This document shows positions 26,750-36,743 of a DNA stretch of 64,000 nucleotides, in pieces (position 1 is the first letter of the stretch; every line of letters starts with the position of its first letter). Source of the DNA: a virus; IMG/VR virus record IMGVR_UViG_3300045988_163643, positions 64,001 to 128,000 of that record. One strand, 5' to 3'. Made by a program: the position numbers and the translations under genes. Under the pieces are notes generated by a model that had not been told where the DNA came from, did not search any database, and was given only the letters and a program-made list of their open reading frames with translations.

Positions 26750-29700
26750 TTATTCACTTGTTGTAAAATCACCTGTTCCTAAATTATTATAATAAATCTT
26801 ATTTACAGTATCATACATACAAATAACATTAGCTTTAGTCTTTACAGGTATTAAGTCTAATATCTGTTGCCCATTTCTAGTTATTGTACAAGCATATAAT
26901 TTCATTGCACATTTTGTACTATTTTCACAACTTCCATTACTTGAATGTTGTCCGAATAAATATAAAGATAGTGTATTGTTGTCATTAAGTAATTGACAGT
27001 TATAAGTTTGACCATTGAATGATATTACTCTATTATTTAATGAATACTCATCAATATCATTAGAAATAGTTTCATCATAAGTGTTTGTGCTTACCATATC
27101 AATTCTATATTTATTATTAATAACTACTAATTGGCATCCCTGGTTCTCAAGACCATTACCATAAGCATCACCAAAAGGTATTGACGTTTTTATAAAGTTT
27201 AAAGGTTTAAATTTCACATACAAGCTATCTGTGTCAAAATTCAAAGTAACTCCAGTATCTATATATTGATTTCCATCACTTTGAATATAATTTAATTGAG
27301 TAAAATCATCTGATGTAATAGTACTTTTACAAGACACATTTATTACTATATCTCCGGTAACATTATTTATATTAATATTTCCTTGTGAATAAACTGTACT
27401 TGTAATATCAGTTCCACCCATAGTTACTGTTACTGTGTCATAAGTGCATCCACTGACAGGTGTGATTGTTGCACTATAAGACCCCCCTATTTTACAATAA
27501 GTACTATTGTTACTTGTTGTACATTTATTTAAAGTATTAACTACTTTTGCAAAAGTACCGTTTTTACTTGTTTCATATAAATACATTTTATTTAATTCTT
27601 CACTAGTTAAAACCCTATTATATATTTCATGTGAATAATAAATAAAGTTTACCCCTTCTCCTATTTTACCAATTATAAAATCAAGAGTGTTATCTGTAGT
27701 TAATGAATATCTATCATTTGTTCCTTCGTATTTTAATTCGCCATTCACATACACTTTACCACTATTCCCTTGTCTAGTCATTGCAATACTCATAAATCTA
27801 TCATATTTCATATCGCTTAAAGGATTATTACCCTCGTTTTCTCCATTTATGAACACAGGAGAAGTGACGCCGGTTTGCATAGCTTTCAATGACCATCCTG
27901 ATTCCGAAGCAGATTGATTAGCTCTTTTACCACATATAATGTGAGTAGCATTACTAAAACCGTGTACATTTATAATTACTGTAAAATCATTAGTTCCAAA
28001 ATTAAAATTATCACCAAAATTAATAGTTGCACTTGAATTTGTTAAATCTAAACCTCCCTTAGTCAATGTAGTTCCTATATAAGAACCTGTTCCAACAATT
28101 GAAGAATTTACTTTATCAACAATTTTATTTGTACTGAAATCATAATCTTCAACATCACAATGTCCTATTAGCCCTTGCGATACAAAACTATTAGATATTC
28201 CACTAACAGTAATATTACAAGTTGCACTTTGACTTCCACAAGTTGCAGTAATAGTACATTGTCCATTTGATGTAGGTGTCACAACTCCATTTTCAACAGT
28301 ACATATACCAGTAGGATTTGCTGACCAAATAACTTCGTCTGTAGTATCACTAGGAGTTAATGTAGCAGTTATCGTTTGTGGTGTTGTATCAGTAAATGTT
28401 AAAGTATTATTATTTAATACAATATTAGTACAAGGCTTATCTTCTTTAACTCCACTTACAGTAACATTACAAGTAGCAGTTTTAGTTCCACAAGTAGCAG
28501 TAATAGTACAATTTCCATCTTTAATCGGTGTTACAACACCTTTATTGACAGTTACTATACCAGTAGGAGTTACACTCCATGTAACTGTATCTGTTGTATT
28601 AGTAGGAGCTAATGTAGCGGTTAATGTTTGACTGTCTGTTGTTGTAAATGATAATGTTGTATTATTTAAAGTTATATTAGTACAAGCTACAGTTTCTTTA
28701 TATTTATTGTCTAAATAAGATATTCTTTGTTTAATCCACGTATACATACTATCAATATCATCTGTTTTATTAATTCTATTTGACCATTTACTTCTTTCTT
28801 TGGTTATATTTTCAGTCCCCCAAATTGATTGAAATGCTCTAAATTGATTTATAATCCTACTTACATTTATTGTCCCATTATTTCTTAATTCCCAATATCT
28901 TTGGCTTATTTCATTAAAATAATTACTATATAATTTATTCCATACTGGATTAGTCTTAGTATATTGACAATTAAGTAAATCTGTTGTAGGTTTGCTTGGA
29001 TGATAAGATATACCAGCATTTTGGAATAACCCAAATATTATGTCTAAATCATACCAGCACATATACCATTTTGACCCATCCCATGTAGCAATAGTCCAAT
29101 TGTTAATCATACTATCAGTTGCACAAGCTAAATCTGCAAATACCCAATAATTAATCGCATTTTGTAAAATTAGATGTTCCTCAAAATGTGCTTTAAAATC
29201 ACTATCACTTGAATTATTTATAAAATTTAGCAAATCAGTTAATTTACCTTGAATTTCTGATGTTTCAGTTCCATCACTTCTATATTCAAAATTAGATAAT
29301 ACTAGACTTCCTAAACCACTTCTATATACTATATTTGTTAATGGATTTTTTTTACTGTTCATTCCAAATAAATCATCATCCTGTTTTATATTAAGAGTAT
29401 AACACCCATTAAATTCTCCGTTTAAATATAAAATAACAGGCTTAGATTTTACTGTAATCGGAGCGTCTACTGGAAATGTAGTATTATCAAAATCCCACAC
29501 CATTTGTGCTCCTACAGAATTTCTTACCATTGAATAATCAGCATAATTACATTTTAAATGGTATGTGCTTGTAGCATAATCAAATATTTTTATTTTTTTC
29601 TTATTTCCTTCAACGTCTTTAAGTTTTAAACTTAAATTTTTATTAGGATATTGTAAACTTCCGCTACCTTGCCATGTGGTTGTTGATTTTCCTTGAAATA

Positions 29701-29989
29701 CTGTAGAACCATATTCATCAACATACAAAATATCTAATTGTACTGGATTAGTTTTGCTTATACCTGTAGTATCACCATCTAAATAAATTATTCCACATGG
29801 ATATGATTGAATTTTAGGTACTATACCATTCTCAACTTTCTTCGCAATATCTTTATATTGCGTATTAAGTTTGTCAACATCACTTTTAATATTATTTATG
29901 TCAGTTTTAATATTATCTAATCCTTCAATATTATTATTTGAATTCTCATTATTATTAATAAAACCAAATTTATTATCTTTATCAAACAT
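26750..29989 (-). CDS. tail fibre / receptor-binding protein with CotH-like, 2x Big_2 and LamG-like domains
   Basis: CotH-like KNLSLKLKD...YHLKCNYADYSMVRNSVGAQM...ILYLNGEFNGCY...WYDLDIIFG. Two TxTATLxPxxTTDxVxWS...TITATCG Ig-like repeats. LamG-like FTVIINVHG...VYVNGELKYEG...IYNRVLTSEELNKMY. N-terminal MFDKDNKFGFI shared with 30011..31654. Confidence 0.7.
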   Translation of the reverse strand: MFDKDNKFGFINNNENSNNNIEGLDNIKTDINNIKSDVDKLNTQYKDIAKKVENGIVPKIQSYPCGIIYLDGDTTGISKTNPVQLDILYVDEYGSTVFQGKSTTTWQGSGSLQYPNKNLSLKLKDVEGNKKKIKIFDYATSTYHLKCNYADYSMVRNSVGAQMVWDFDNTTFPVDAPITVKSKPVILYLNGEFNGCYTLNIKQDDDLFGMNSKKNPLTNIVYRSGLGSLVLSNFEYRSDGTETSEIQGKLTDLLNFINNSSDSDFKAHFEEHLILQNAINYWVFADLACATDSMINNWTIATWDGSKWYMCWYDLDIIFGLFQNAGISYHPSKPTTDLLNCQYTKTNPVWNKLYSNYFNEISQRYWELRNNGTINVSRIINQFRAFQSIWGTENITKERSKWSNRINKTDDIDSMYTWIKQRISYLDNKYKETVACTNITLNNTTLSFTTTDSQTLTATLAPTNTTDTVTWSVTPTGIVTVNKGVVTPIKDGNCTITATCGTKTATCNVTVSGVKEDKPCTNIVLNNNTLTFTDTTPQTITATLTPSDTTDEVIWSANPTGICTVENGVVTPTSNGQCTITATCGSQSATCNITVSGISNSFVSQGLIGHCDVEDYDFSTNKIVDKVNSSIVGTGSYIGTTLTKGGLDLTNSSATINFGDNFNFGTNDFTVIINVHGFSNATHIICGKRANQSASESGWSLKAMQTGVTSPVFINGENEGNNPLSDMKYDRFMSIAMTRQGNSGKVYVNGELKYEGTNDRYSLTTDNTLDFIIGKIGEGVNFIYYSHEIYNRVLTSEELNKMYLYETSKNGTFAKVVNTLNKCTTSNNSTYCKIGGSYSATITPVSGCTYDTVTVTMGGTDITSTVYSQGNININNVTGDIVINVSCKSTITSDDFTQLNYIQSDGNQYIDTGVTLNFDTDSLYVKFKPLNFIKTSIPFGDAYGNGLENQGCQLVVINNKYRIDMVSTNTYDETISNDIDEYSLNNRVISFNGQTYNCQLLNDNNTLSLYLFGQHSSNGSCENSTKCAMKLYACTITRNGQQILDLIPVKTKANVICMYDTVNKIYYNNLGTGDFTTSE

Positions 29990-30010
29990 TCTATTTCTCC
30001 TTTCTGTTTA

Positions 30011-31654
30011 TTATTCTTTAGGAACAAAAGTTTTACTAACTCCATTGATAGTAACTACTAGTTCTCCACTTTCATTAAAGGTAAACTGAGGTAAATTAGA
30101 AACTTTATCATCTACGTATTTTTTATGGGCTGGATTATAATCATTGGTTACATCGTATTCATATGTATTATCTGGACTAATTGAACTTAATTTTGTTTGC
30201 ATTAATTTCCATTTACCATTTTCTTTAGTTATACTTAAATATTTGCAATAATTGTTTATACAATTCATATTAATTGCTATAAATGTATCACTTTTTAATT
30301 GAATACATATTGAAGTACTAAGCATACTACTCCAACCAATTGTATTTGACCCATCGTCAACAGTGAACCAAGTTCCATCATCATTAGGTGCTTTTAAACT
30401 AACTTTAAAGAATCCACTAACTATTGATGAATTTACTCTATAATTAGTTCCCTTTTCTAAAGTTGTTATATCCACATATCCTTTAGGTAGATTTGGGTCA
30501 TCATATAATATAGTAGGTGTTTTAAAATAATAATCTCTACTATCATCTACATATTTTTTAGTAGTTAAATCTTTATCTTCAGTAGGAGTACCTTCTTGAG
30601 ATAATTTACCTGCATACCAAGCATTACCTTGCCAGTCTAAAGTATGAGCATTAGCTCTTTTCTTATCACTACTACCATTACCTACTATATGTGCATATTT
30701 ACCTTCAGTATCTTCTATATTATATTTACCTTGTACATGCTGGTTGATAGAAGAAGCTTTAGTATATTTACCTTCTGCATGAGAATTTTCACCTGAAGCT
30801 GTTGTACCATTACCTTCTGCATGTGAATACAAACCTGAAGATATTGCATTAAAACCTTCTGCATGTGAACAATAACTTGAAGCTACTGTATACCAACCTT
30901 CAGCGTGTGAAGAAGTACCTGAAGCTTTTGTTTTATGACCTTCTGCATGTGAATTATCAGCTGATGCAGTTGTATATTTACCTTCTGCATGTGAACCATA
31001 ATCACCTGAAGCTGTTGTATTCAGACCTTCAGCATGTGAACAGTTACCTGAAGCTATTGTAAAACATCCCATAGCAGTAGAATATTCACCTATTTTACTA
31101 TTAGGGTCACGTCGTATACTTAAACTATTATAAATATCAACATCTTTTCCAAGTAATAATGTATTAAATTTATTAATAGATATTTCAAATAATTTAATTC
31201 CTCCAGTAAATACAGGTGGTTTATTATCATTAATTCTATTTAGTACCATTAATGCTACATTCTCATTATACTCTTCTGTTTTATCATAAAAAGTCTGTAC
31301 ATCCCCTCCACCTATATTATTAACAGTATCATTTATGCCAAAAAATTCCATAATTACTCTAGTTTTATTTTGCTTAGTTAATTCTTTAGTATATACTGAA
31401 TCTAATCTGTAACGTTTATTATTAATTTCAATAAAAAACAAAGTATCGTCTTTAATTGTAAAATTAGGAATTTCAATATACATAGATGTATCATCACTAG
31501 CTTGGCACTCAGCCCATGCTTTATTTAATTGGTCTACTGTTATATTTAATAGTGCAGTTTCTGATTTAATATATGGTAAATCGGTATTCTTTATATTATT
31601 TGATTCATTATTGTTGTTAATAATAAATCCAAATTTATTATCTTTATCAAACAT
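30011..31654 (-). CDS. tail fibre protein with 7 SHAEG repeats
   Basis: SHAEGxxTxASGxx period of 13-14 aa. The block QHVQGKYNIEDT..NAHTLDWQGNAWYAGKLSQEGTPTEDKDLTTKKYVDD is shared with 38199..39476. Confidence 0.7.
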   Translation of the reverse strand: MFDKDNKFGFIINNNNESNNIKNTDLPYIKSETALLNITVDQLNKAWAECQASDDTSMYIEIPNFTIKDDTLFFIEINNKRYRLDSVYTKELTKQNKTRVIMEFFGINDTVNNIGGGDVQTFYDKTEEYNENVALMVLNRINDNKPPVFTGGIKLFEISINKFNTLLLGKDVDIYNSLSIRRDPNSKIGEYSTAMGCFTIASGNCSHAEGLNTTASGDYGSHAEGKYTTASADNSHAEGHKTKASGTSSHAEGWYTVASSYCSHAEGFNAISSGLYSHAEGNGTTASGENSHAEGKYTKASSINQHVQGKYNIEDTEGKYAHIVGNGSSDKKRANAHTLDWQGNAWYAGKLSQEGTPTEDKDLTTKKYVDDSRDYYFKTPTILYDDPNLPKGYVDITTLEKGTNYRVNSSIVSGFFKVSLKAPNDDGTWFTVDDGSNTIGWSSMLSTSICIQLKSDTFIAINMNCINNYCKYLSITKENGKWKLMQTKLSSISPDNTYEYDVTNDYNPAHKKYVDDKVSNLPQFTFNESGELVVTINGVSKTFVPKE

Positions 31655-31673
31655 TTTATTTTCTCCTTTCTAT

Positions 31674-31723
31674 ATAAAAAAAATAAAGGGAAATATATAG
31701 AATTATATCTATTATTTCCCTTT
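31674..31723 (-). terminator. hairpin terminator/attenuator
   Basis: AAAGGGAAATA...TATTTCCCTTT stem plus a T8 run on the minus strand, only ~20 nt upstream of the fibre gene start. Confidence 0.55.
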
Positions 31724-31731
31724 ATATAAAA

Positions 31732-31995
31732 TTAATTTAACCCTATATATCTAACTTTTGAACCACTTTCAACAACAACTATTGATTCTATTACTACATT
31801 TCCTAAACTTAAAGTTTCATTAGCACGTATTAATATTTTATCTCCATCGTTAAATACAACGTTTATTTCTCCTTCGCCCATATTTTGGACTTGAACATTA
31901 GTTATTGATTCTATAGTTCCTTCGTTACCATCAGATAATACTTCTTGATATTCTCTTTCAGTTGTAACTACTTTACCTCTAACTTTAACTGCCAT
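31732..31995 (-). CDS. small beta-rich protein (paralog of 49672..49941)
   Basis: Start MAVKVRGK at 31995 (GAGGAGGTG SD). NMGEGEINVVFNDGD aligns with NLGEADVEIQFNEEGD. Confidence 0.5.
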   Translation of the reverse strand: MAVKVRGKVVTTEREYQEVLSDGNEGTIESITNVQVQNMGEGEINVVFNDGDKILIRANETLSLGNVVIESIVVVESGSKVRYIGLN

Positions 31996-32039
31996 TATAA
32001 TCACCTCCTCATTTACATTATACATATATAATATAATAC

Positions 32040-32068
32040 TTGACTTTTAATATTTTTATTAGTATAAT
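32040..32068 (+). promoter_or_regulatory. sigmaA-type promoter TTGACT-17-TATAAT
   Basis: TTGACTTTTAATATTTTTATTAGTATAAT. Confidence 0.65.
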
Positions 32069-32089
32069 AAATATAAAAGGAGAAAATTA

Positions 32090-32257
32090 ATGAAAGAAAA
32101 GAAAGTAAGTTGTGGATTTTGCAAATATTTCAGAGTAAAAGATTTAGGCAATGGATTTTGTGAAATCCTATGTGATAAAGATGAAGTAAATTTACCTTAT
32201 AAACCTTGTGAAGTTTATGAAGAAAAAATAAAAAACAATGAACAGAATGGAGAATAA
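32090..32257 (+). CDS. 55-aa Cys-rich protein
   Basis: MKEKKVSCGFCKYFRV...GFCEILCD...KPCEVYEE, SD AAAGGAG. Below the track cutoff. Confidence 0.45.
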   Translation: MKEKKVSCGFCKYFRVKDLGNGFCEILCDKDEVNLPYKPCEVYEEKIKNNEQNGE

Positions 32258-32259
32258 AC

Positions 32260-32502
32260 ATGGATAAAAAATATGACGGAATAGATATGGAAATGTTAAA
32301 TCTACCTTGTGGTAGTGTTACTATGGAATTTGAAAAAGATGGAAAAGAATATAAAGCTGAGATAATAAAAATACCTATTAAATATTTTTTAATAACAGAT
32401 ATGTTAGATGGATTTATGAAAAGAATTATAGAAGATTTATATGAACAAGGTTGGGATTTTTCTAAAGAAATAGATTTTACAGAAATAGTTAATGAAGATT
32501 AG
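32260..32502 (+). CDS. hypothetical protein
   Basis: 80 aa, tightly coupled to the upstream ORF. Confidence 0.5.
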   Translation: MDKKYDGIDMEMLNLPCGSVTMEFEKDGKEYKAEIIKIPIKYFLITDMLDGFMKRIIEDLYEQGWDFSKEIDFTEIVNED

Positions 32503-32526
32503 AGAGGATACATCCTCTCTTTTTAT
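32501..32526. terminator. bidirectional hairpin
   Basis: AGAGAGGA-TACA-TCCTCTCT between convergent genes. Confidence 0.55.
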
Positions 32527-33473
32527 TTATAATCTCTAAATACCATAATGATACCATTATTTCTTAAGACTACATAACCTGTTTTTACAGTAAAAGAATA
32601 TTCATATCTACTTCTAAATAATCTCATGTCTTTTACATCAGTTCTAAGACCTAAGTTATTCATCTTTAAAAGATAATCTTCATGTTTATGACAAGGAATA
32701 CCATATAATGTATATGCCATTTGAATGAAATCTAAACTATCTTTATCTTTAGGTATTATTTTATTCTTCATATCATTTAATCTATCTAATTTATCAACTA
32801 TAAATCTTATTTCATCATAGGAATAATTAAGTATACTCTTAAGAAATACATCTTTATCTCTGGGCAAACTAAAACTTAATGTTCTCCAACGAACATCTTT
32901 TTTATATCTTACCTTACATTTATTTAATAAAACTTCCCAAGGTTTCATAGTTTTTTCAAATTTTTCAATAGGTTCATCTCTCATATCTAAAGTACATACA
33001 TTAGATTTATCTATATCTCCATACATTATACTTCTTAACATTAGTTCCATTTTATTTTCTGTTAATTGGCTATTGTTATTAGAAATATAAGTAAAAGTAT
33101 TTATAAATAAAAAATGAGAAAATATTGATTTTTTAAGTGGAATATCTTTAGTCATAATATCCATATATCTATTGTCATGTCTAAATATCACATCTCCATA
33201 TTCATTCATACAAGTATCTCTATATTTGCCAAAGAATATTCCTTCATCATTTATTAATATATCTAATTTTCTTTGAAAGATAACTCTATTTAATCCTTTA
33301 GATTTTCTTTTAATATAATTAAGTGGTAATAATAATTCAACATGTTTATCTTTAGGAAAATATGTTAATATCTTTTCTCCTTTTTTATAATCTTTTATAT
33401 ATTTCCATTCTTGCCCGTTAAAATATTCCATATTTTCTCCAAAGAAAGTATTTCTTGTTTCTAATCTTGGCAT
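32523..33473 (-). CDS. hypothetical protein, possibly Hint/intein-like with LAGLIDADG-like segments
   Basis: N-terminal FNGQEWKYIKDYKKGEKILTY, C-terminal YSFTVKTGYVVLRNNGIIM. Central MLRSIMYGDID and FLKSILNYSYDEI. Weak motif-level call only. Confidence 0.45.
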   Translation of the reverse strand: MPRLETRNTFFGENMEYFNGQEWKYIKDYKKGEKILTYFPKDKHVELLLPLNYIKRKSKGLNRVIFQRKLDILINDEGIFFGKYRDTCMNEYGDVIFRHDNRYMDIMTKDIPLKKSIFSHFLFINTFTYISNNNSQLTENKMELMLRSIMYGDIDKSNVCTLDMRDEPIEKFEKTMKPWEVLLNKCKVRYKKDVRWRTLSFSLPRDKDVFLKSILNYSYDEIRFIVDKLDRLNDMKNKIIPKDKDSLDFIQMAYTLYGIPCHKHEDYLLKMNNLGLRTDVKDMRLFRSRYEYSFTVKTGYVVLRNNGIIMVFRDYK

Positions 33474-33551
33474 TAATATCAATCCTTTCTATTTTATTTA
33501 CATATATTTAATAAGACAATAAAATTTTATACGATTTTTCAAGTAATTTAT

Positions 33552-33580
33552 TTTACTTTTAATAAAATTCTAAGTATAAT
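33552..33580 (+). promoter_or_regulatory. phage-family promoter TTTACT-17-TATAAT upstream of tnpB
   Basis: TTTACTTTTAATAAAATTCTAAGTATAAT, the same module as other early promoters. Confidence 0.6.
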
Positions 33581-33618
33581 ATATATAAAATAAATAAAAT
33601 AAAGGGGGTGATGAATGA

Positions 33619-34725
33619 ATGTTAAAAGCATATAAATTTAGATTATATCCAAATAAAGAACAAGAAGAACTAATTCAAAAAACTTTTGGTTGTTGTAGAT
33701 TTGTCTATAATCAAACATTATCTTATAGAAAAGAAATATATGAAACACAAAAAAAATCTATGAATAAAACTTCTTGTAACGATTATTGCAATCAAGTTCT
33801 TAAAAAGGAATATAAATGGTTAAAAGAAGTTGATAAATTTGCTCTTACAAATGCAATTTATAATATGAATTCTGCATATCAAAGATTTTTCAAAGGATAT
33901 TCTAATTATCCAAAATTCAAAAGTAAACGAAATAATAAAAAATCATATTCTACTAATTTTACTAATAACAATATTGAAATATCCTTTGAGAGCAATAAAA
34001 TCAAACTTCCAAAACTTAAATGGGTTAAAACTAAAATTCATCGTGAGTTTGTAGGTAAAATTAAATCAGCAACTGTTTCACAAGTTTCTAGTGGTAAATA
34101 TTATATATCTATATTAGTAGAGCAAGAAATAAAAGAATTACCTAAAAATGAATTTACAGTTGGTATAGATTTAGGATTGACTGATTTTGCTATAACTAGC
34201 GATGGAGTTAAGTATAGTAATCCTAGATATTTACGAAAATCATTAAATAAATTAGCTAAAGAACAAAGAAAATTATCTAGGAAGAAAAAAGGTAGTAAAA
34301 ATAGAAATAAACAAAGAATAAAAGTTGCTAGGGTGCATGAGAAAATAACTAATCAAAGAAAAGATTTCTTACATAAATTATCTTCTGAACTTATAAACGA
34401 AAACCAAGTAATATGTTTAGAAGATTTACAAGTAAAAGAGATACAACAAAATAAATATTTATCTCAATCTGTATCAGATGTTGGTTGGTATGAATTTAGA
34501 AGACAATTAGAGTATAAAGCTAAATGGTATGGTAGAACAATATCTTTTGTTGATAAATGGTATCCTTCTAGTCAAATATGTAGTAATTGTGGAAATAATA
34601 CTGGTAAAAAAACATTAGATATAAGAGAATTTGATTGTCCATATTGCGGAAGACATCATGATAGAGATATAAATGCAAGTATTAATATATTAAATGAAGG
34701 ATTGAGAATATTAAATAATAAATAA
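33619..34725 (+). CDS. tnpB: TnpB (IS200/IS605-family OrfB, RuvC-like RNA-guided nuclease)
   Basis: MLKAYKFRLYPNKEQEELI N-terminus. RuvC D (GIDLGLTDFA), E (ICLEDLQV), zinc finger CSNCG...CPYCG, and D (HDRDINASINI). Confidence 0.85.
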   Translation: MLKAYKFRLYPNKEQEELIQKTFGCCRFVYNQTLSYRKEIYETQKKSMNKTSCNDYCNQVLKKEYKWLKEVDKFALTNAIYNMNSAYQRFFKGYSNYPKFKSKRNNKKSYSTNFTNNNIEISFESNKIKLPKLKWVKTKIHREFVGKIKSATVSQVSSGKYYISILVEQEIKELPKNEFTVGIDLGLTDFAITSDGVKYSNPRYLRKSLNKLAKEQRKLSRKKKGSKNRNKQRIKVARVHEKITNQRKDFLHKLSSELINENQVICLEDLQVKEIQQNKYLSQSVSDVGWYEFRRQLEYKAKWYGRTISFVDKWYPSSQICSNCGNNTGKKTLDIREFDCPYCGRHHDRDINASINILNEGLRILNNK

Positions 34726-34830
34726 AACAATTAGAGGTTGGAACAACCTTATAAGCCTAGTAAATTAGTTGCAATAGTAACCTTACCTAGGAAGCACATA
34801 GCTTTAGCCTATGTGTAGTTCACGACCAAC
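34600..34830 (+). ncRNA. candidate omega/reRNA scaffold overlapping the tnpB 3' end and right end
   Basis: GC-richer tail with hairpins AGGTTG-GAA-CAACCT and CACATAG-CTTTAGC-CTATGTG just after the stop. Boundaries not determined. Confidence 0.35.
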
Positions 34831-35023
34831 TTAAAGAAATAAGAAGAAAACAAAGGTAATAGTTAAAAATAAAGTATTTGCTAAAGCATTTGCTGATGGA
34901 ATAGAGGATGCAGGGTTATATCCATTCAAGGTAAATTTATTGTAATTAGATTAGATAAAATGATTGATAAAATTAATAACCTGCATACGAAAAATGGGGG
35001 TAAAAAGTAAGGAGGATAACACA

Positions 35024-35485
35024 ATGAGTTTTTTCAAAGAAAAAAAAGATAGAAAAAATGAAGAAAAAAGAATGAAAGAATATATTAGGGAATATATAAA
35101 AGTATGTGATACAATATGTTATGAAGATATTTATATGAAAGAAATTATTATACAATATGATGAATTAATACCTGATATGTTTATTAGTATACCTGTTGAT
35201 AGTAAAACAATAGATAAAGTTTTATATGATATATACAATAGGAGATTACATAAAGTTTTATTAAAGTTCCCAAATGGACTTGAAGAAAAATGCAAGGTTG
35301 ATGGAAAAATAGAGAAACGTATTGTTGATGAATTAAATGAAATAACATGGGAAGAACCTTTAGTGAAATTAAAACATTATAAAATAGATATATCATTATT
35401 TGATTTAATAGCTCAAGATGTTAAAGTATATATATTAGATTATGATTTGGAGGGAATAGATATAGATGAAGACACAAGAAGATAG
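35024..35485 (+). CDS. hypothetical protein
   Basis: Start at ATG 35024, 8 nt after AAGGAGGA. Confidence 0.5.
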   Translation: MSFFKEKKDRKNEEKRMKEYIREYIKVCDTICYEDIYMKEIIIQYDELIPDMFISIPVDSKTIDKVLYDIYNRRLHKVLLKFPNGLEEKCKVDGKIEKRIVDELNEITWEEPLVKLKHYKIDISLFDLIAQDVKVYILDYDLEGIDIDEDTRR

Positions 35486-35975
35486 AAGTATATGTTCAAC
35501 TTGTAAACATTTAAAAGGAATATTTACTTATACCGAAGAAGGTATTAAACCTAGTTATATATGTATGGCTAATGATGACTGTTGGATAACAATAACAGAA
35601 TTATGTACTAATAAAGATTTTGCTGAATGTGAAGATTATGAAAGTTTTGATAGATTACTAACAGAAGATGTGTCAATATGTGCAATTAAATATGATTATA
35701 ATGGTGAGATTAACTCAACTGATTGTACTAATTGTGCATATTTTTTAACTACACCAATTCAATTTCCTTGTGGACATTGTATGATAAAACCTGACTTAAA
35801 TATTGGTAGCTTTAGATTTTGTGAACACTTTACAACAGAAAGACCAAAAATGCAATTACGAATTGAAGCAAATGATATGGATTTACAAAAACTTTATATA
35901 CAAAGAAATCAATTAATATTAAAGAAAATAACTGAAAATAAAAGAAAGGATAATGAAGATGATGGAAGTAACTAA
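35466..35975 (+). CDS. Cys-rich protein (two CxxC...C modules)
   Basis: CSTCKHLKG...ICMANDDC...CEDYE and CTNCAYF...CGHCMI...FCEHF, related to 32090..32257. Confidence 0.5.
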   Translation: MKTQEDRSICSTCKHLKGIFTYTEEGIKPSYICMANDDCWITITELCTNKDFAECEDYESFDRLLTEDVSICAIKYDYNGEINSTDCTNCAYFLTTPIQFPCGHCMIKPDLNIGSFRFCEHFTTERPKMQLRIEANDMDLQKLYIQRNQLILKKITENKRKDNEDDGSN

Positions 35976-36438
35976 TGTAGATAAATATTATTCATTGTTA
36001 GGCATAAGACCTTCAATGATAAGCGATTCAATATTTGGAAATGTATATGTATTAGCAAATTTAGATAAGTCAAATTATCCTAAAGTATTCATAGGATATT
36101 CAACTAAAAAAGAAAAATTTTATTTATTTAACTGTATATATCTTGAAGAGGCTATTTATCCTTTTGGGAAATTAGTAGAATATATAGTAGTTGATTTAAC
36201 ATCAGAAGATTTATTTGAGATAAAAAATGAAGGAATGAAAATGGAAGAATTATATAATAATAAAACAATATTTTCATATGTAATAGATGATACAGATGGC
36301 GATTTAGAACAAGTGCAAATAAGTTATTTGTCTAAAGAAGAAGATATATCAAATGTAGATTTTTATGATACTTTAGAAATGGAACTTAAATTAACAAGTG
36401 AACAATTTAATGAAATTATCTTATTATATACTCTTTAG
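35953..36438 (+). CDS. hypothetical protein
   Basis: 161-aa ORF overlapping the upstream stop. Confidence 0.5.
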   Translation: MKMMEVTNVDKYYSLLGIRPSMISDSIFGNVYVLANLDKSNYPKVFIGYSTKKEKFYLFNCIYLEEAIYPFGKLVEYIVVDLTSEDLFEIKNEGMKMEELYNNKTIFSYVIDDTDGDLEQVQISYLSKEEDISNVDFYDTLEMELKLTSEQFNEIILLYTL

Positions 36439-36448
36439 AAAATAAAAA

Positions 36449-36478
36449 AAAGAAGAGATTAATCCTCTTCTTTTTTAT
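36449..36478. terminator. bidirectional hairpin
   Basis: AGAAGAG...CTCTTCT stem with flanking A- and T-runs. Confidence 0.55.
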
Positions 36479-36647
36479 CTAAACATTCTCCAAAAACTAA
36501 TAAAGGATAAATAAAAATCATAACAACATTACTAAGTAAATCTAATAAATTTAGATATATATTATGTATGTTTTTTATAATATCTTTTAATAAATTTAAA
36601 ATAATTTCAAAATGAAAATTTTTAATATAATTTTTTATAAACTTCAT
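36459..36647 (-). CDS. 62-aa hydrophobic protein
   Basis: SD AAGGAG and its own promoter at 36676..36704. Confidence 0.45.
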   Translation of the reverse strand: MKFIKNYIKNFHFEIILNLLKDIIKNIHNIYLNLLDLLSNVVMIFIYPLLVFGECLDKKEED

Positions 36648-36675
36648 TTTATCAACTCCTTTGGATTTTATATAA

Positions 36676-36704
36676 ATTATACTAGAAATTTTATTAGAAG
36701 TAAA
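36676..36704 (-). promoter_or_regulatory. promoter TTTACT-17-TATAAT
   Basis: Minus strand reads TTTACTTCTAATAAAATTTCTAGTATAAT. Confidence 0.55.
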
Positions 36705-36743
36705 TAAAAATAAATTAAAAAAAATAAAGAAAGGTGAAATAAT

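Noticed and set aside
30865-31062. Alternative-frame ORFs within the SHAEG repeat DNA (also 38875..39126)
   Set aside because: They are created by the periodic repeat on the opposite strand of clear fibre genes.
34835-34945. Open frame ...KVFAKAFADGIEDAGLYPFKVNLL* downstream of tnpB, possibly the 3' end of a gene disrupted by the element
   Set aside because: It has no start codon or SD, and no matching 5' half exists upstream of tnpB. At most it is a decayed remnant.
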